Source: Nageia nagi (Eukaryota; Plantae; Pinophyta). Taken from it: 64,000 nt of DNA. The stretch covers positions 40,300,001 through 40,364,000 of the forward strand of contig JBITNC010000001.1 in assembly GCA_050084985.1 (NCBI GenBank), given 5' to 3'. A program made the translations under genes and the position numbers. Shown one piece after another: positions 1-14,240 of the stretch. Within the stretch, counting starts at the first letter, position 1. Each line of letters starts with the position of its first letter. Below the pieces are notes generated by a model. It was given only the letters and a program-made list of their open reading frames with translations, made no database searches and was not told where the DNA came from.

Positions 1-249
1 CCCAAATTTGCTTTTCAAGACATAAATGGCAAATTCACTGAATTGATAAAGAAGCTTGTTGGATTGGGAACTAATTATGATTCAATGAATTCAATTCTAT
101 TGTAAGTACAAAAAATATCTCAATAAGCTCTGCAATAATCATCTATACAATAACCAAGCTCATACTAAACTACACCAAGTACAAGTGTTCAACAATTTTC
201 AATGCATAATACTCAATTGTAAGCACAACATGTGCATATAAGAGGCCCC

Positions 250-3200
250 CAAGCCTTCATCCTTCTATAGATAATTAAGTTGGATTTCCTTGGATTTTAT
301 GGAGAAGATCTAATGAGATAGATTTATAGAGCATAATAAAACTTTACACTAAATCAAATTCCTAAGGTTTAGAAGGTCAATATTGCTTCTTTCCACTTGG
401 AGCATGAGGCCATTCAGTGGTATTGATGGTTTGAAAAACTAATGAGATTCCTTGTTGGGGGTATTTTACAAAAAACTTGTTAGTGAGGTTTATCCCAAGT
501 GCTTTTGAGGATTTCATAGGAGCCCATTAAAATCCTTTTCAAAAATCAACATTGAAGAAATATTAGACACAATTTGAAAAGCTTGCAAATCACACAAAGG
601 GATTAGATGAATCATTTTTTAGGAGTTTCTTAATTAATGGGCTGAAGGAAGACATCAGGGTAGAATTTAAAATGTTTAATCCTACCACTATGATATAGGC
701 CATTGGGTTATCCAAATTGACCAAAGACAAATTCAATACCAAGCATAGACAAGGGAAGTAACCATTTAACAAACCTTAAGGTTATCAAGCTTCTTCAAAA
801 CTTACTCATTTATTTCAAATTAAAAGACTCAATCAAGAGGAAATGAATAAACATAAAATGAAGGATCTTTGCTATAATTATGATGAAAAGTATGCAACTA
901 GCCATTGATGTGCTACATCAAGGTTGTATTTTCTTAATGTTAATTTTTTTGATGATTCATAAGAGGAGATTGTTATCAAAGAAGAAGTTAATGAGATTGA
1001 AATAACTAAAGTAGAAGTTCATGTAGTTTCTTGCAGTTTATTACAAAAATTATGACACCCTAAATAATGAAGGTTCATGGATATTATAAAAAGTAGTCCC
1101 TCATTATTTTACTTGACTAAAATAGAACACATAATTTTATTGACCCTAGTATTCCCTAACAAGCTAATTATTTTATATATCCTCAAAATAATTTTGATGT
1201 ACTAATTAGAAGTTAAATTAGAATTTATTCCAAGCAGAAATACTACAATGTTAAGATCAACATGGGTGATTATTATAAGTATAGTGACATGTATGTACTT
1301 CCATTAGGAGGGTGTGATGTGGTCCTAGGAGTTTAATGGTTAAGAACATTAGGACATATACTATGGGAATTCCTTCAACTATTGATGAAATTCACAATTA
1401 TAGGATATGCATCTCACCTCACTAGATTACATGCTAGTCCATCATAGATTATAAGTTCTTATCATATGGAGAAGCTGATTCAAAAAGGAAGAAATGGGAT
1501 GGTAACATAACAATTTGTAATACAACCAAGTGCATAAGAGGGAGGTGAATTAGCATAGCTACAAAAATTATTTGTACATCATGAAAAGTTTTTTGAAGAA
1601 GCAAAAGGGTTACCCCCAATCACCCTTAATACCACACTATAAAACTAATTCTTAGTATTCAACCACCCAACATTCGATCCTACTACTATCCTTATTTTTG
1701 GAAATATGAAATTGAATGGTTGATATAGGAGATGATGGAAGTAGGAATTATCAGGCCAAGTGTTAGTTCTTACTTTCACCTTTCATATTAGTCTAAAAAA
1801 AGGATGGAACTTGGTGGTTATGTATAGACTTTTAATAAAGTAATTATGAAAGATAAATTCCCTATTCCCATCATTGATAAATTGTTGGATGAGCTACATG
1901 GAGCTAAATATTTCTTGAAACTAGATCTATGATTAGGATATCATTATATCCAACTTTGTGAACAAGATGTTCAAAAAACAACTTGTTGGATTCATAAGAT
2001 GAATTTTTTGTAATACCATTTTGCCTTACTAATACTCCTTCAACATTCTAGAGTTTAATGAATCACCTATTTCACCCTCATCTTCATAAATTTATTTTTA
2101 TTTTGTTTGATGGTATTTTGATCTACAATAAGATATGGGAGGATTATGTAGCATGCTTAAATCAAACCTTGCAATTATTTCAAGAGCATCAATTATATGT
2201 AAAGAAATAGAAGTTTTCCTTTAGTCTAGCTGAGATTAAATATTTGGGCCATGTTCTTTCTAAATATAGAGTCGAGGTAGATCCACATAAAATTATGGAA
2301 ATGTAGGATTGTCTCATTCCAAAATCAAATAAGCTATTGTGAGGATTTTTAGTCCTAATAGGTTACTATTGGAAATTTGTAAAGAAATATGGGAATATTA
2401 TGGTTCCACTTGCATCATTACTAAAAAATGATACCTTTAATTGATTACCAACTACTAAAGAATATTTCTACAAACTAAAGGAGTCAATATGTTCTATCCT
2501 TGTTTTAGATATGCTAGATTTTTCCAAAATATTTATCATTAAGAGTGATGCTTCTAAAGTAGGATTGGGTGCAATTTTAATGAAAGAGGAAAGACACTTG
2601 GCTTTCACTAGCATGGCATTATTAGGCCAAAATTTATTTAGATCTACCTATAAAAAGGAGATGTTGGCAATAATTCATGTAGTTCAAAATTGGAGACCCT
2701 ATCTCATTGGTAGACATTTTATTGTATGCATAGATCAACATTGTTTGAAGTATTTTTTGAAACAACAAATTGCAATGATTGAAAAATAAAAGTGGATGAC
2801 CAAACTGTTGGGGTATGACTATGAAATGGTGTATAGAAAGGGTTCAAAGAATGTGGTTATATATGCTCTATCTTACAAATTTAAGGAACTTGCAATACTT
2901 CAAGACATTTTACTACCAATTCCCCAGTAGCTAGAATAGCTAAAATAGGATAGAATTCAAGATGACTCAATTAAATAATTAATTTAATAACTTTAGATTG
3001 ATCCTACTAGTAAACCAAATCTCTCTTAGCAAGATGGAGTTTGATGCTTCAAAGGCCACTTTACATTGCTATCCACTTCTTCCTATTAAGAGGCAGTACT
3101 TCAAGAACTACATGTGCACCAGTTAGCCGAACACTCAAGGTTTCTCAAAATCTATAAAAGAGTGGATGGATCTTTTTATTGGGATAAAATGAAATGGGAT

Positions 3201-4350
3201 ATCAAGAAATTTATTATTGAATGTAATGTTTGTCAATGGTAGAAAGGTGAAATAGTTGGCACTCATGGTTTACTTTAGTCCTTTATACCAAGCTACACTT
3301 GGATTGATATTTTAATGGACTTCATTGAAGGTATTCCCAAGTATTAAGGTAAATATGTTATTTTGGTGGTATTTGATTAGTTATATAAGTATGCACACTT
3401 TTTCTCTTTGGCACATCCATTTAAAGTTGTCAATGTGGACTAAATTTTTGTTGATAATATTTTCAAGCTTCTTGGTATGCCCTATACCATAGTTAGTGAT
3501 CAATATCCTACATTAACTAGCAAAGTCATGCAAAAAAGTTTCAAGCTAGAAGGAATTCAGCTCAAAATGAGTTTAGCCTATCACCTCTAAACTAATGGAT
3601 AGTCTAAAATTGTTAAGAAGTGCTAGGAAATCTATTTGCATTATTTTGCATCCACCCAACCAATTCATTAGGTAAAATGGATTTCCTTTTTATAGAATTA
3701 TGGTATAGCACTTCATAACATACAACTATTCGTATGACACCATATGATGCATTGTATGTTCAAGAACCAACCATAGTGGAAATATATATCCCAAGTAACA
3801 TGAAGGTCCAAAAAGTTGATACTGAGTTACATAATTGAGCATATATTCTTCATCTTTTTTAGGAGAATTTATGGACTACTCAACATCAAATGAAGAAATA
3901 GGATGATCAAAATTAGGTAGAATAGGAATTTCAAGCAAGCGATATGATCTTCCTACACCTTTAACCATATAGATAGAAATCCTTGAAGATTAAGGGTCCT
4001 TAGAAATTGGTTCTAAACTTTTATGACCCTTACAAAGTTCTCCAATGCATTGGACCTCCTCCTTATAAGTTGGAGTTACCAATGTCCTCCAAGGTTTATC
4101 CTATATTTAATATTTCATGTCTAAAAAAGGTATTAGGATCACAAGTTCAAATTTAATCAAAGTTATTGATATTCACTTATGATGGCTTTATCAAGATTGA
4201 ACCCAAATATGTTTTAGATAAATGCATGCTCTACCTCCATCATCACATTATAACCCATGTTTTGATTCAATGGTGAGGGTTAGGGTCACCAAAAGATGCA
4301 ACATGGGAAAAATACATGAGCTTCAATAGGAGTTTCCAAATTTCTAGCTT
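250..4350 (+). mobile_element. Degenerate Ty3/Gypsy chromovirus (Reina/IFG-like) gag-PR-RT-RNaseH-INT-chromodomain; 5' LTR outside the window
   Basis: Motifs occur in Gypsy order across stops and frameshifts: gag 'KVNIASFHLEHEAIQWY' (~372-423), protease 'THNFID' and 'DVVLGV' (~1127-1335), RT '[27 protein letters not shown]' (~1849-1930), RNase H ORF 2511-2789 (SDASKVGLGAIL...KEMLAI...WRPYL), integrase 'MDFIEG' and 'SLAYHL' (~3315-3590), chromodomain 'VLIQW..KDATW' (~4258-4310). Confidence 0.92.
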
Positions 4351-4383
4351 TAAGGACAAAGTTATTTTCTAATAAGGGTGGCA

Positions 4384-4797
4384 TATTAGGATCCCATGTC
4401 CTAATATTACCTAGGGTTATTTATATTTTAGTTAATTTAATTATTTTATTACATCAACTTGTAATGTTAACCATCATATTTTGTAAGAAAAAGTGCCATT
4501 TTGAATGTGAACTTCTAATTAGGGTAGGAGGACTATAAATACTTGTAAGAGGGGTAAAGAAAGAATCTTAGAAAATCATTTATCTTTTTGAGTTATAAGA
4601 TGGAAGAAGCCTTCAAGTGGCCTATGATTCATATTGCTATCAGTAAAGTTATTTAATTTTATTATTTATTATTAATCTAATTATCTTGTTCCTTTTTCTA
4701 TACTTGATGCATTGTGAGTTTGTGGTTATTTTGTATTTTAGTACTTCTTATGATATTTGAGGTAAAATTCCTTTTTAGTTCTCTTAGGTTCTTAACA
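4384..4797 (+). repeat. 3' LTR (~414 bp) of the first Gypsy element, preceded by a polypurine tract (PPT)
   Basis: Purine-rich AATAAGGGTGGCA at 4371-4383. Termini TATTAGGA (decayed TGTTAGGA)...TCTTAACA form an inverted repeat. Internal TATAAATA at ~4534. Confidence 0.8.
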
Positions 4798-4962
4798 TAT
4801 TAGCAAGATGTAGTACACCTAGGATGACTCATAGGGCATCTAGTTTGAGATGTAACACATTGGTAAAATTCCTTTTTAGTTCTCTTAGGTTCTTAACATA
4901 TTAGCAAGATGTAGTACACCTAGGATGGATCATAGGGAATCTAGTTTGAGATGTAATACATT
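4761..4962 (+). repeat. 101-bp tandem duplication across the LTR end
   Basis: GGTAAAATTCCTTTTTAGTTCTC...GATGTAA(C/T)ACATT starts at 4761 and again at 4862. Confidence 0.93.
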
Positions 4963-4989
4963 TGGGGGTCACCAAGGATCAAAGTTTTA

Positions 4990-5140
4990 GCTTTTATTAG
5001 GGCATAATACACTTGGGGGTGAGGCATAGTGCACCTAAGGTGTAATGGTTAGGATGTAGTGCACCTAGGTCAAGGCATAGTACACCTAGTGTACTATGTG
5101 TGGGGTGTAGTACGCTTTATTTGGGGCATAGTGCACCTAT
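4990..5140 (+). repeat. Degenerate minisatellite of (GC/GT)ATAGT(G/A)CACCTAGG-like units
   Basis: Several TAGTGCACCTA/TAGTACACCTA units at short spacing. Confidence 0.6.
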
Positions 5141-5422
5141 TCTAATGCATATTTAGGCTCTAAAAACTCAATCTACAACACTTGTTTTTTTTACAAGTAG
5201 AGAAAATGTTAGTGGCTAACCCATAGCCAAATGGCTAAAATCCAAGATTTCAAATTTTGGATTTGGCTATTAAAGTAGGTTCTATTTAAGACATGTTTCC
5301 ATAAATTTATTTTGTTTTTTTATTTTTCTAAGAAAATATGTTAACATTTAGAATATATTTGGTATGTTATATGCCTTGAAATTATAAATTAAAAAATTGC
5401 CCACATAGTCACCTATAATATG

Positions 5423-5431
<9 letters not shown>

Positions 5432-5473
<42 letters not shown>

Positions 5474-5491
5474 TATATATATATAATATAT
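5432..5491. repeat. (TA)n microsatellite
   Basis: Interrupted TA run seen directly. Confidence 0.95.
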
Positions 5492-7830
5492 GTAACTTAA
5501 CTATGCCTATTATCCTCATCATGTTCAATCAAATGATTGATGTTTCCATGGTGGACTTATACATATCAACTTAAAACTAATGGTTGATATTTAATTTCAT
5601 TAAGCAAGAAGGGAGTTAAAAAATTTTGGGCGTGCCTATAAAATCATATTTTAATTTTAAAAATTACTTTTTGTTTTATTGTTATTATCATTTCACATAA
5701 GGAGAAAAACCATAATATAAATAACCAAAATATACAATCAAAGGAATCATTCAATATAAACTTGAATATATTTGCTTTATATTTATAATTTTTAGCCCTT
5801 TTTCTAACAAGGATAACAAGTTTGAAAATTTATCATCCAATTTTTGAATAGGTTTCAATATTGATCACCTTCATATTAAAATACATGTTTTAAGGGGGGT
5901 TTTTTAATTTTTCCATGGTTCCAAGTCATAGTGCATCTAATATGAGGTATAGTGGGGACTACACTTGGCTGGAACTAGATGAGTTGAATCTTGAAGTTCT
6001 CAAATTTTATTTTACCCTCCTATGGGATTTTCTTGTTCAAATATCACTTAAATTTAACCATTACTTCTTGAAAATCTACAAATTCACTCTATTTTGATGA
6101 GTAAAGGCTAAAAGTCTAGTACAAATTTGAAGAAAATTTTTGGAAAAGTTTAGAAAATACCAAATCTAAGTAGCAACTAGTGTTTACATTGGGTTCACCC
6201 TTTAATGTGCATCAAAATTCATTCTTGGAATGTACTAAGATGCATAAATGCATAACACACATGAATCTGAATTTTATATAACATATATTTTTCTTAATTT
6301 CCATGATGCAAGATTATGGTAAAGGTATGTTTCAAACTTTGAATTATGCTTCAACAATTGATTATAATGTTAACAAAATCTAAATGCATCTAATCAAGTT
6401 ATTAGGGCCTCTAATTTAGGCCCCTTCAAGTACCTAAATAATATTGGAGTGAGTTTCCTCACTCCAAATTGTAATATGAGCCCCTTAGCCTCCAATCAAT
6501 GAAGACAACAAAATCAAGGATGCCTATTGTACAAAATGTGTATGCCTATATGTTATTTTGATAATTTAAATGGTGTAATGAAATAATCTAAGTTGATATT
6601 TGCAAGTATTTAAGAAATTTAATAGCAATTATGTTTCAAACCCTAAGAATGCTTCAAAATCATAAGAGGATTAAAGATCCTTAAATATCCTTGGATCTCT
6701 AATCCAAATATACCTATAAGGCTAATAATTAATGTGCTTGAACCATAAATCAATGCATGTATGGATAAAAAATTGAAATTCAATGGATGAAATGTAAGTT
6801 ATAATGGATTTAGCCTAACAAATATACTAAATACACACAATATTTAGTGGATGATATAAGTGTTAGTAATCCAAAGCTTTTCCATGGTGAGAATGACTTC
6901 AAACCTACAAAAACCTTGAGCATACACCAATATTTATAATATAATATGAAATTCACCATAAGAATATTACCACAATATATGTAGCATGAGTATCATGAGC
7001 TTGGTGTAGTAATAAATCTTTCAAAATCTTGAAAACCTTGAATTATCCTTCAAACCCTAGTCTTCAAACCCTTGAATAATCTTGGAGGGAATGTGAGCAT
7101 AAAATCATAAGTCTACAAGTGAATAATGAGTTAGAGAGGAAATTATAATTTTTCATTATGTTATATACCTCTTTTACTACTTAATTTCAATATGTTTAGA
7201 TACCCACTTTTACATCTAATGAAGTTATCACTTTAAAATAAACTTCATGAGATATGAGGTGATAATATGTGAATTATAATTTAGATTTCATTAATCAAAG
7301 AGATGATATTAAATATGAGTAGTATCCTAGATGTGATCAAGAGTTACATTATAATTATTAAATAAAAATATTATAGAATTACTTTTTTAAATTATTGAAT
7401 TAAGAAAGATAATAAGATAATTTTTTTTCATCCTACTGATGGGTTGATAAAAGGAATTGATAATTTTAAAATCATGATTTAGAAGATATCATAGAGTTAA
7501 CTATGACATTGAATGTATTATCAATATGGGTGATAATATGTTAGGTATTCATATAGAATCACATAAAAACTTGGAATAATAATTATTGAATTTAGAAGAC
7601 ATATCCTATATGATAATTTCATTTTGGTAAGATATGTTGTGATAATTATATATGTATAATAATTTGTATATTTTGACACATATCTCATCAATAAGGAGAA
7701 GATAAATGGACCATGAGATTCTTCATAGAAGAATATATAGAGAAAATCACTAATGTGGAATGTAATTTGACACTGTTGACATACTTGTTATATAATACAA
7801 TTCACTTTGTGCATTTTATTTAATTAAATG

Positions 7831-8203
7831 AATGGTGATGTAATTAAATATTTTTTTGTAATAATAAAATGATTGTTGGGTGTATATTATAGCCCCTAAG
7901 GTTTGCTTCTTGACTTCACATTAGGAGTTTCTCACATTAATCAAATTATAATGTTGAATAGTGAATGAATTATGATTATGGTGTTTGAAATATTTTATTC
8001 ATACATTTGCAAATTCAATGGTGATGTAATTAAATATTTTTTTGTAATAATAAAATGATTGTTGGGTGTATATTATAGCCCCTAAGGTTTGCTTCTTGAC
8101 TTCACATTAGGAGTTTCTCACATTAATCAAATTATAATGTTGAATAGTGAATGAACTATGATTATGATGTTTGAAATATTTTTATTCATACATTTGCAAA
8201 TTC
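7831..8203 (+). repeat. 186-bp near-perfect tandem duplication
   Basis: AATGGTGATGTAATTAAATA...CATTTGCAAATTC starts at 7831 and 8017, with only ~3 differences. Confidence 0.95.
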
Positions 8204-8490
8204 AATTATTTACTTATTCAAATGAAAGATTAGATAAAAAGTATGATGAATAAAAATTTAATGCAAGATGTTATATTAACTAAGATATTTAGTAAGTTAT
8301 TCCTTTTGGAAACTTGTATGAATGACAATAAAAATAAATGAATATGGAAATTGGTCATCAAAAGTTATAGATAAATATAAGATTATGGAAAATGAACCTA
8401 ATTGTAATCTAGGTATGATTAGGAAAGCATAAATATATGTAAATTCAAAAATAAGTTGAATATGGAAATAGTTTATATTGTTAAAGGAAT

Positions 8491-9224
8491 TGTTAACACC
8501 TAAAAGGGAATTTTAATTAATTAAAATACCCCTTTTAGATATTTGTAATAATTTATTTATTTAATTTATTTATTACTTTTATCATTGTATATCTTTATGT
8601 TTTATGATAACAAGTTAGTACAAAGATAAGCACAAGAAGGAATTTTGGTCCACATGCACCATAAGCCCAAAGAGGAGCCTTGAAAATAAACTTGCTATCT
8701 ATAAAGGTGGAAGGGTTGTGCATAAGCAATCATGATATGAACCAAAATCCTTGATAGGTGGTAATATACTTGTGTCATTATTTACTAGTTTTTCTCAATG
8801 CCAACTATTATATCTAGATTTTTTTATACACTAAGATTTGCATTCCTATAATATTCCTAAGCTATTTGTGTTAGATATTCTAAGCATCAAAGGTGTGATG
8901 ATGATATCAAGATAAAGGACAAGGTGAACAACAATGGTAATTGAATGAAATCATTCAAATCCTAGCACCACCACCAATTGAGGTCGTATTGGTAGCTCTA
9001 TTGGAGAAGATCATCATTTATTCCATTTCAAGTTAATATCTTCTTTATTTTTTATGATAGGTAAAGTATAGGTTTGTATCTTTCGTTAATCCAATTTTAT
9101 AGGTCAAGGTCAACTAGGATCATTATCATCTTTTATGTCATTGCCATTCATCACTATTTTGTTATTATTTGGATAAATTGCATATATTAAATAACCCTAA
9201 TAAATTATTATTTTAGTTATAAAA
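8491..9224 (+). repeat. 5' LTR (~734 bp) of the Tat/Ogre-like element
   Basis: Homologous to 41496-42064 (direct) and 40758-41495 (inverted); followed by a PBS. Confidence 0.85.
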
Positions 9225-9226
9225 AT

Positions 9227-9245
9227 TGGTGAACCTGACATGAAT
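9227..9245 (+). promoter_or_regulatory. Primer-binding site complementary to tRNA-Trp
   Basis: TGGTGAACCTGACATGA vs TGGTGAACCCGACGTGA, the complement of the plant tRNA-Trp 3' end. Both mismatches are CpG decay. Confidence 0.75.
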
Positions 9246-9289
9246 AAATTGATGAGACATAATCCTATATCCCTTTTTCATAGTGAAAA

Positions 9290-9825
9290 ACTATGAAGAT
9301 CTCAATAGAGTATAGCCAAAATCCATGGATCCCATGCATATCTCTCACCTTGTAGGTATATCCCTCAAATAAAAAGAATGAGGCCTATGTGAAAGAACTC
9401 ATGGTTCTTATAGATACACAAAATGGTATTGATAAGATATACCACATACAATCAAAACCAACTAGTATTTTGAATGTCCTTTGGAGGAAAGTAGAGTGTG
9501 TAATGAAGGGGATCCCCCTTATTTTATTTTTAATAGTCCTATACCTCTATCAACCACTAGAAATGGTCAACTATTTTATCCATATATAATGTATCTCTTT
9601 GAATTCCCATACCCTTTATGGGTACCTGTAGTATATGATGAACATCTACAAGAGAGATAGTGGCCTTACCCATTGGTAGATGGAAGGTGTTGGTGTCATT
9701 GTAATAATTCTCCATGAGGGCTACAAGGAAATACTTATCATGTTGAATGCACATGGTGCCCCTCATATGACCCAAATAAGAATCCTCTAGGTGGATTCTC
9801 CTTTATAGTTAGGAAAAATCCCCCT
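9290..9825 (-). pseudogene. Plant mobile domain (PMD, aminotransferase-like) fragment, antisense within the LTR element
   Basis: ORF 9557-9775 'LVALMENYYNDTNTFHLPMGKATISLVDVHHILQVPIKG' matches the PMD signature ERW..ETHTFHLP.GE.TITL.DV..IL. Confidence 0.85.
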
Positions 9826-9830
9826 ATAAT

Positions 9831-10944
9831 CAATCCAAAATTTGGATCCCTATAATGTTTTAAAAATTCATATTCTATGTGTTCAGTGTTTTCAATTCAT
9901 TACCAAAATTTTGATGCTTCTTTTAGATCACATGTTCATGTTTATTTGTAGAAGTTATGTGGATTTGAATATTCTAGGTGTGTTTGAGAAAATTAAAAAA
10001 GTAAATATATATATATATATAAACATACTGGGCAACTATTTAAGTGGGACAATTTGATCATTAGCTTGAGGAGTCAGCCAAAGTTGAAGCTGCCTAGGAG
10101 TTGTTTGGAGAGGGGATGGTGGAGCCTACTAGGGGCAAGTTGATCACTTGATGTTTTATCACTATTAGTTTTAAACACCACTACCTACCTTCCATTGACC
10201 TCCAACTTCCTCCATAATCAGTCAAAGGGGATTGATCCCCTTCATTTTCTAAGTGTCACTTGGTGTAATATGACTATATCTACCTATTTTAGCTTAGTTT
10301 TGGGATTTTTGCATGGTTTTGCATGAAATTTGATTTTTCAAAGGGTTAGTTTTATTTTTTTATTAGTTGAAGCCTCTATTTCTAGGTTGAGTATTATTTG
10401 TTAAAATTATAGCACTTGAGAGAGCATAAATTTACCTATTTGTAAGCTCTTTTTAGGAGATTATTATAACCAATTGAGCTCAAAATTTTAGGAGTAGATA
10501 ATTGAGCCAAATGGGTAATAGAATATGGTTTTTATTTTTTATCTTCCTAGTTATAATACATCCAAATTTATCTCCAAAAAAATGTACATAATGAGAGTGA
10601 ATTGGACATGCCTAAGGAGGAAGTTTTTGGAGAGTATAGTTTAATTTTGTGGTGATAATTCAAAGCTAAAGATTATTTGTGACTATGAGAAGAGGTTGGA
10701 TGATTATGAAGGTCCTTTTGTACAATAATTTCACCCATTGAATAAGAGAGCTTTTGTTGCTAGATGTAGCCCACATTGGATGAACTAGGGTAAATTTTAG
10801 CCTATCTTTTGTGTGCTTGGAGTTCAATTTTCTTCTCTAGTTTTGCATAAATTCTCTCTAATCCTTACAAGCACTTGAATAAACTTAAGTTTGGAATGGT
10901 CCTAGTTGAGAGTTAAATTGAAAATTTAATTCTTATGGATTATG
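9831..10944 (+). repeat. LTR-a of the tandem CRM-like element
   Basis: Starts (CA)ATCCAAAATTTGGATCCC, homologous to 14241 and 19081. Followed by a decayed Met-PBS AGGTATCTAAGA (~10947). Confidence 0.85.
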
Positions 10945-11027
10945 ATAGGTATCTAAGAAAGAGATTGAATTGGGATAAAACTATATTTTATGAGTTTTGT
11001 TGTTGGGTGTTTGGACATTATTTTGCA

Positions 11028-14000
11028 TGAATACCAGGTTGTAAAGTAAGAAAGGAGAAGAGAAAATTGTAGAAAAAGATCCTAAGATCAGTTCTAGGAT
11101 TTGGATAAGGAAACAAAGGGATATTTCCATGGTCAATGAAGGAGAATCCAATTTGGAAAAACAACTTGCTAATCTCATTTCAATGTTCCAAAAGATGTCA
11201 CTCCAATTTCAACATTTCTAAGAACAACAAAACAAGAAAAGTGAAGGTGAAACTAGTGAAAGTAAAAAATTGAACAATGAGAATACAAATAGTTTTTTTC
11301 AAAAATATCCTTTGAATCTTGAAGTAAAGTTTGATTTGTCTACTTTTGATGAAGAAGTGAGTGTTGAAAACTTAGATCATTGTATTAAGCAAAATGAAGT
11401 GTATTATAGAATAGAAAAGATTGAAAATGATGAGGATAGGATTCAATTAGCAACTCTTAAGATGAGTGGAATGCACTTATTTGGTGGAAAAGTTGTATAC
11501 AAAATGTAAATGACTCACTTAAATAATGTTATGCTTCTTGGATTCATTTTATACAATTGCTTAGAGATCAATTTTATCCATTGGGATACCATTAAAAAGA
11601 AGTAATGGAATGGCAAAGCTTCTATCAAGGAAAAGGGCAAAGTGTGCATGAATACAATACAAAGTTTTGAAAAAGGGCTAATATGCTAAGTATTTCTCTT
11701 GTTCCCAAGACACTATTCTAAAGTATATTGGTGGTTTGAACAATTATTTAAAGCATACTATGTTGATGTTTGATCCAACTAATTTGGATAAAGTTTGTGT
11801 ACAAACTACACACTTAAAAGAAAGAGGGAAATTTATTAAGGAAGGGAAAAAAGAAAAATGCTTCTAATCCTAAAACATATTGTAAGAGAGAAGGTCATTT
11901 AGAGGCTATATGTTGTAAATTGCATCCTTAATTATGTCCTAAATTTAAAGATCAAAAGAAATAAGCAAATACTATTGCAAAAGAAGTAGAAGATGGTTCA
12001 GATGTAGATGAAAAAATGGCATGCATGGTCTTGCATAATGCACCTAATGAAGATGAGGAAAAGAAAAGAATTAAACTTTTTCAAATCAAAGTACAAGCTA
12101 AGAAAACATGGATTGATACATTATTTGATCTTGGTTCACAAGCTAACTTAATTGCAAAGGAATATGTAAGATCACTTGAACTCACTACTCAACCACATCC
12201 ACATGCCTATCCATTGGGATGGATTCATAAAAAGTCCATGTTGGAAGTAACTAGATAATGCAAATTGAAATTTGGAATTAACAAGGATTACATTGATGAA
12301 GTTTTACTTGATGTTGTTCCTTTGGATATTTATGGGATTGTGCTTGAAAGTCCTTATCTATGGGATAGAGATGCTTTATTTTATAGAAAGGAAAATAAAT
12401 ATAGACACATTAAGGATGAAATTGAATATATTGTTAGTTCTCATCAAAAAGAGGAAAATAATATTTATTTGATTACTACAAGATATGCAAAGAGACTTGT
12501 TAATACAAAAAATATGTTTGCACTTGCAATGTTGAGTTCTCAAAATGAAGTGGAAATCATTAAGGCTCTTGATGAATGTGAACCACAATACAAAGAAGAA
12601 GTTAAAGAAGTAATTTCTAAATTTAAGGTTTTGTTTCAAGTGCCTAAAGAACTTCCACCTAAAAGAGATATACAATATGAGATTCAATTACATCTTGATG
12701 TTGCACTTCCTAATATTCGTTTGTATAGACATTTTTTATGAAAAATGAAAAAATTAAGAAACAAGTTAAGGAAATGCTATATCAAGGAATAATTATACCA
12801 AGCACATCACCATGTGGTTTTCCTATTGTTATAATTCCAAAAGAAGATGGAAATATTGATTTTCCTATGCATGATGGATTACTTTTTCATTTGGGAAAGC
12901 TTTGTATTCCTAAAGGTGAAATTTATTAGGAAAGGTCACACTTCTTGAATTTTAGGACACTTTGGTGTTGGTAAATTTCTTTCTAATTTGCAAAGTTATT
13001 GTTATTGGCCTAAAATTCAAGAAAATGTATTTAGGTTTATTAGAGGTTGTATGTTATGCAATGTTAGCAAACCTAGTAACAAGAAGTTGGGTCTTTATAT
13101 GTCATTGTCTATTCCTACAAAACTATAGGAGAGTATTTCTATGGATTTTGTTGGAATTTTACCTATTTATAAGAAAATAAATGATTATTTATTTGTGGTT
13201 ATGGATAATGAAATGTGCATACTAATTAAAAAGACTATGATAGGTTAGGAGGCTACTAATATCTTCTTTACTCATGTGTGGGTACATTTTGGTCTTCTTA
13301 TTTATATCATTTCTCATTGGGATTCTAGGTTTCTTGGTAAATTTTTGACTTATTTATGGGTAAGAATGGACACTAAGTTAATGAGGATGACAACATTCCA
13401 TCCATAAATAGATGGTCTAATAGAAGTGGTAAATAGGGCATTGGTACACCTTTTACAAGGTTATTATGGTAAGCAACCTAAGACTTGGGATGAACATTTG
13501 AGCTATATATAGCATGCATATAATTGAGTTATACACTCTTCTACTAATAAATCATGTTTATAGATATGTTTGGTTATTTTTTGAAGTCATCTTTCTATTT
13601 AGATTTTGCTTCATCTAGAGATGGAGATAGTGTTCTTCATAGTGAGGAGGAGCGAGAAAAGAACTTCATTGAGAGGATCAAGGTGATACATCAGAAGGTA
13701 AAGGAAAAGTTGGAGAAGAGTTAAGAAAAGTACAAAGTGAGAAATGGTCATCATAAAGTAGATCACAAATTTCAAGTTGGGGATCAAGTATGGCTTCATC
13801 TTATTAAGAAAATACAAATGGTAAGGGGAAAATTTTGAAACCAATAAGGTATGGGCCTTTTATGATAATTGATCAAGTTAGTGACAATGCATTTTAGTTA
13901 GACTTGCCACCTTATATGCAAATTTATTTCATTGTTAATCTAGAGAATTTGAAGTTGTATGAACCAACCTTGGTTGTTGAAGATACAGGTGTCATGTTGC

Positions 14001-14200
14001 CATCCATGGAGGATTTAGCTCCTAATCATATTAGTATTTTAGCTAAAGATACAATATTGGAAAAGAATAAGAGATCATATCATAGTGGTGAACATGAGTT
14101 GTGGCATATTGGATTGAAGGACCAACACCCACACAAGGCCAATTGGTATGCAGTTGATCAAATGAGGGAACTCTACCCTTACCTTATTCCATCATCTTAA
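11028..14200 (+). mobile_element. CRM-like Gypsy copy 1: degenerate gag-protease-(RT/RNaseH deleted)-integrase-C-terminal chromo-like domain
   Basis: Gag 'LDHCIKQNEVYYRI', protease 'LFDLGSQANLI' and 'HPHAYPLGWI', RT N-terminus 'PSTSPCGFPIVIIPKEDG' fused to 'DGLLFHLGKLCIP', integrase core and GPF, C-terminal ORF 13904-14200, PPT TGGGGAGGAA at 14231-14240. Confidence 0.9.
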
Positions 14201-14240
14201 GTGGTTTTGGGGTCAAAAGCTCTCTCTTAGTGGGGAGGAA

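Noticed and set aside
7300-8490. Possible ancient Gypsy pol hosting the nest (weak 'KKDG..RF'-like trace at ~7695-7740)
   Set aside because: Too decayed to support by eye; needs a profile search.
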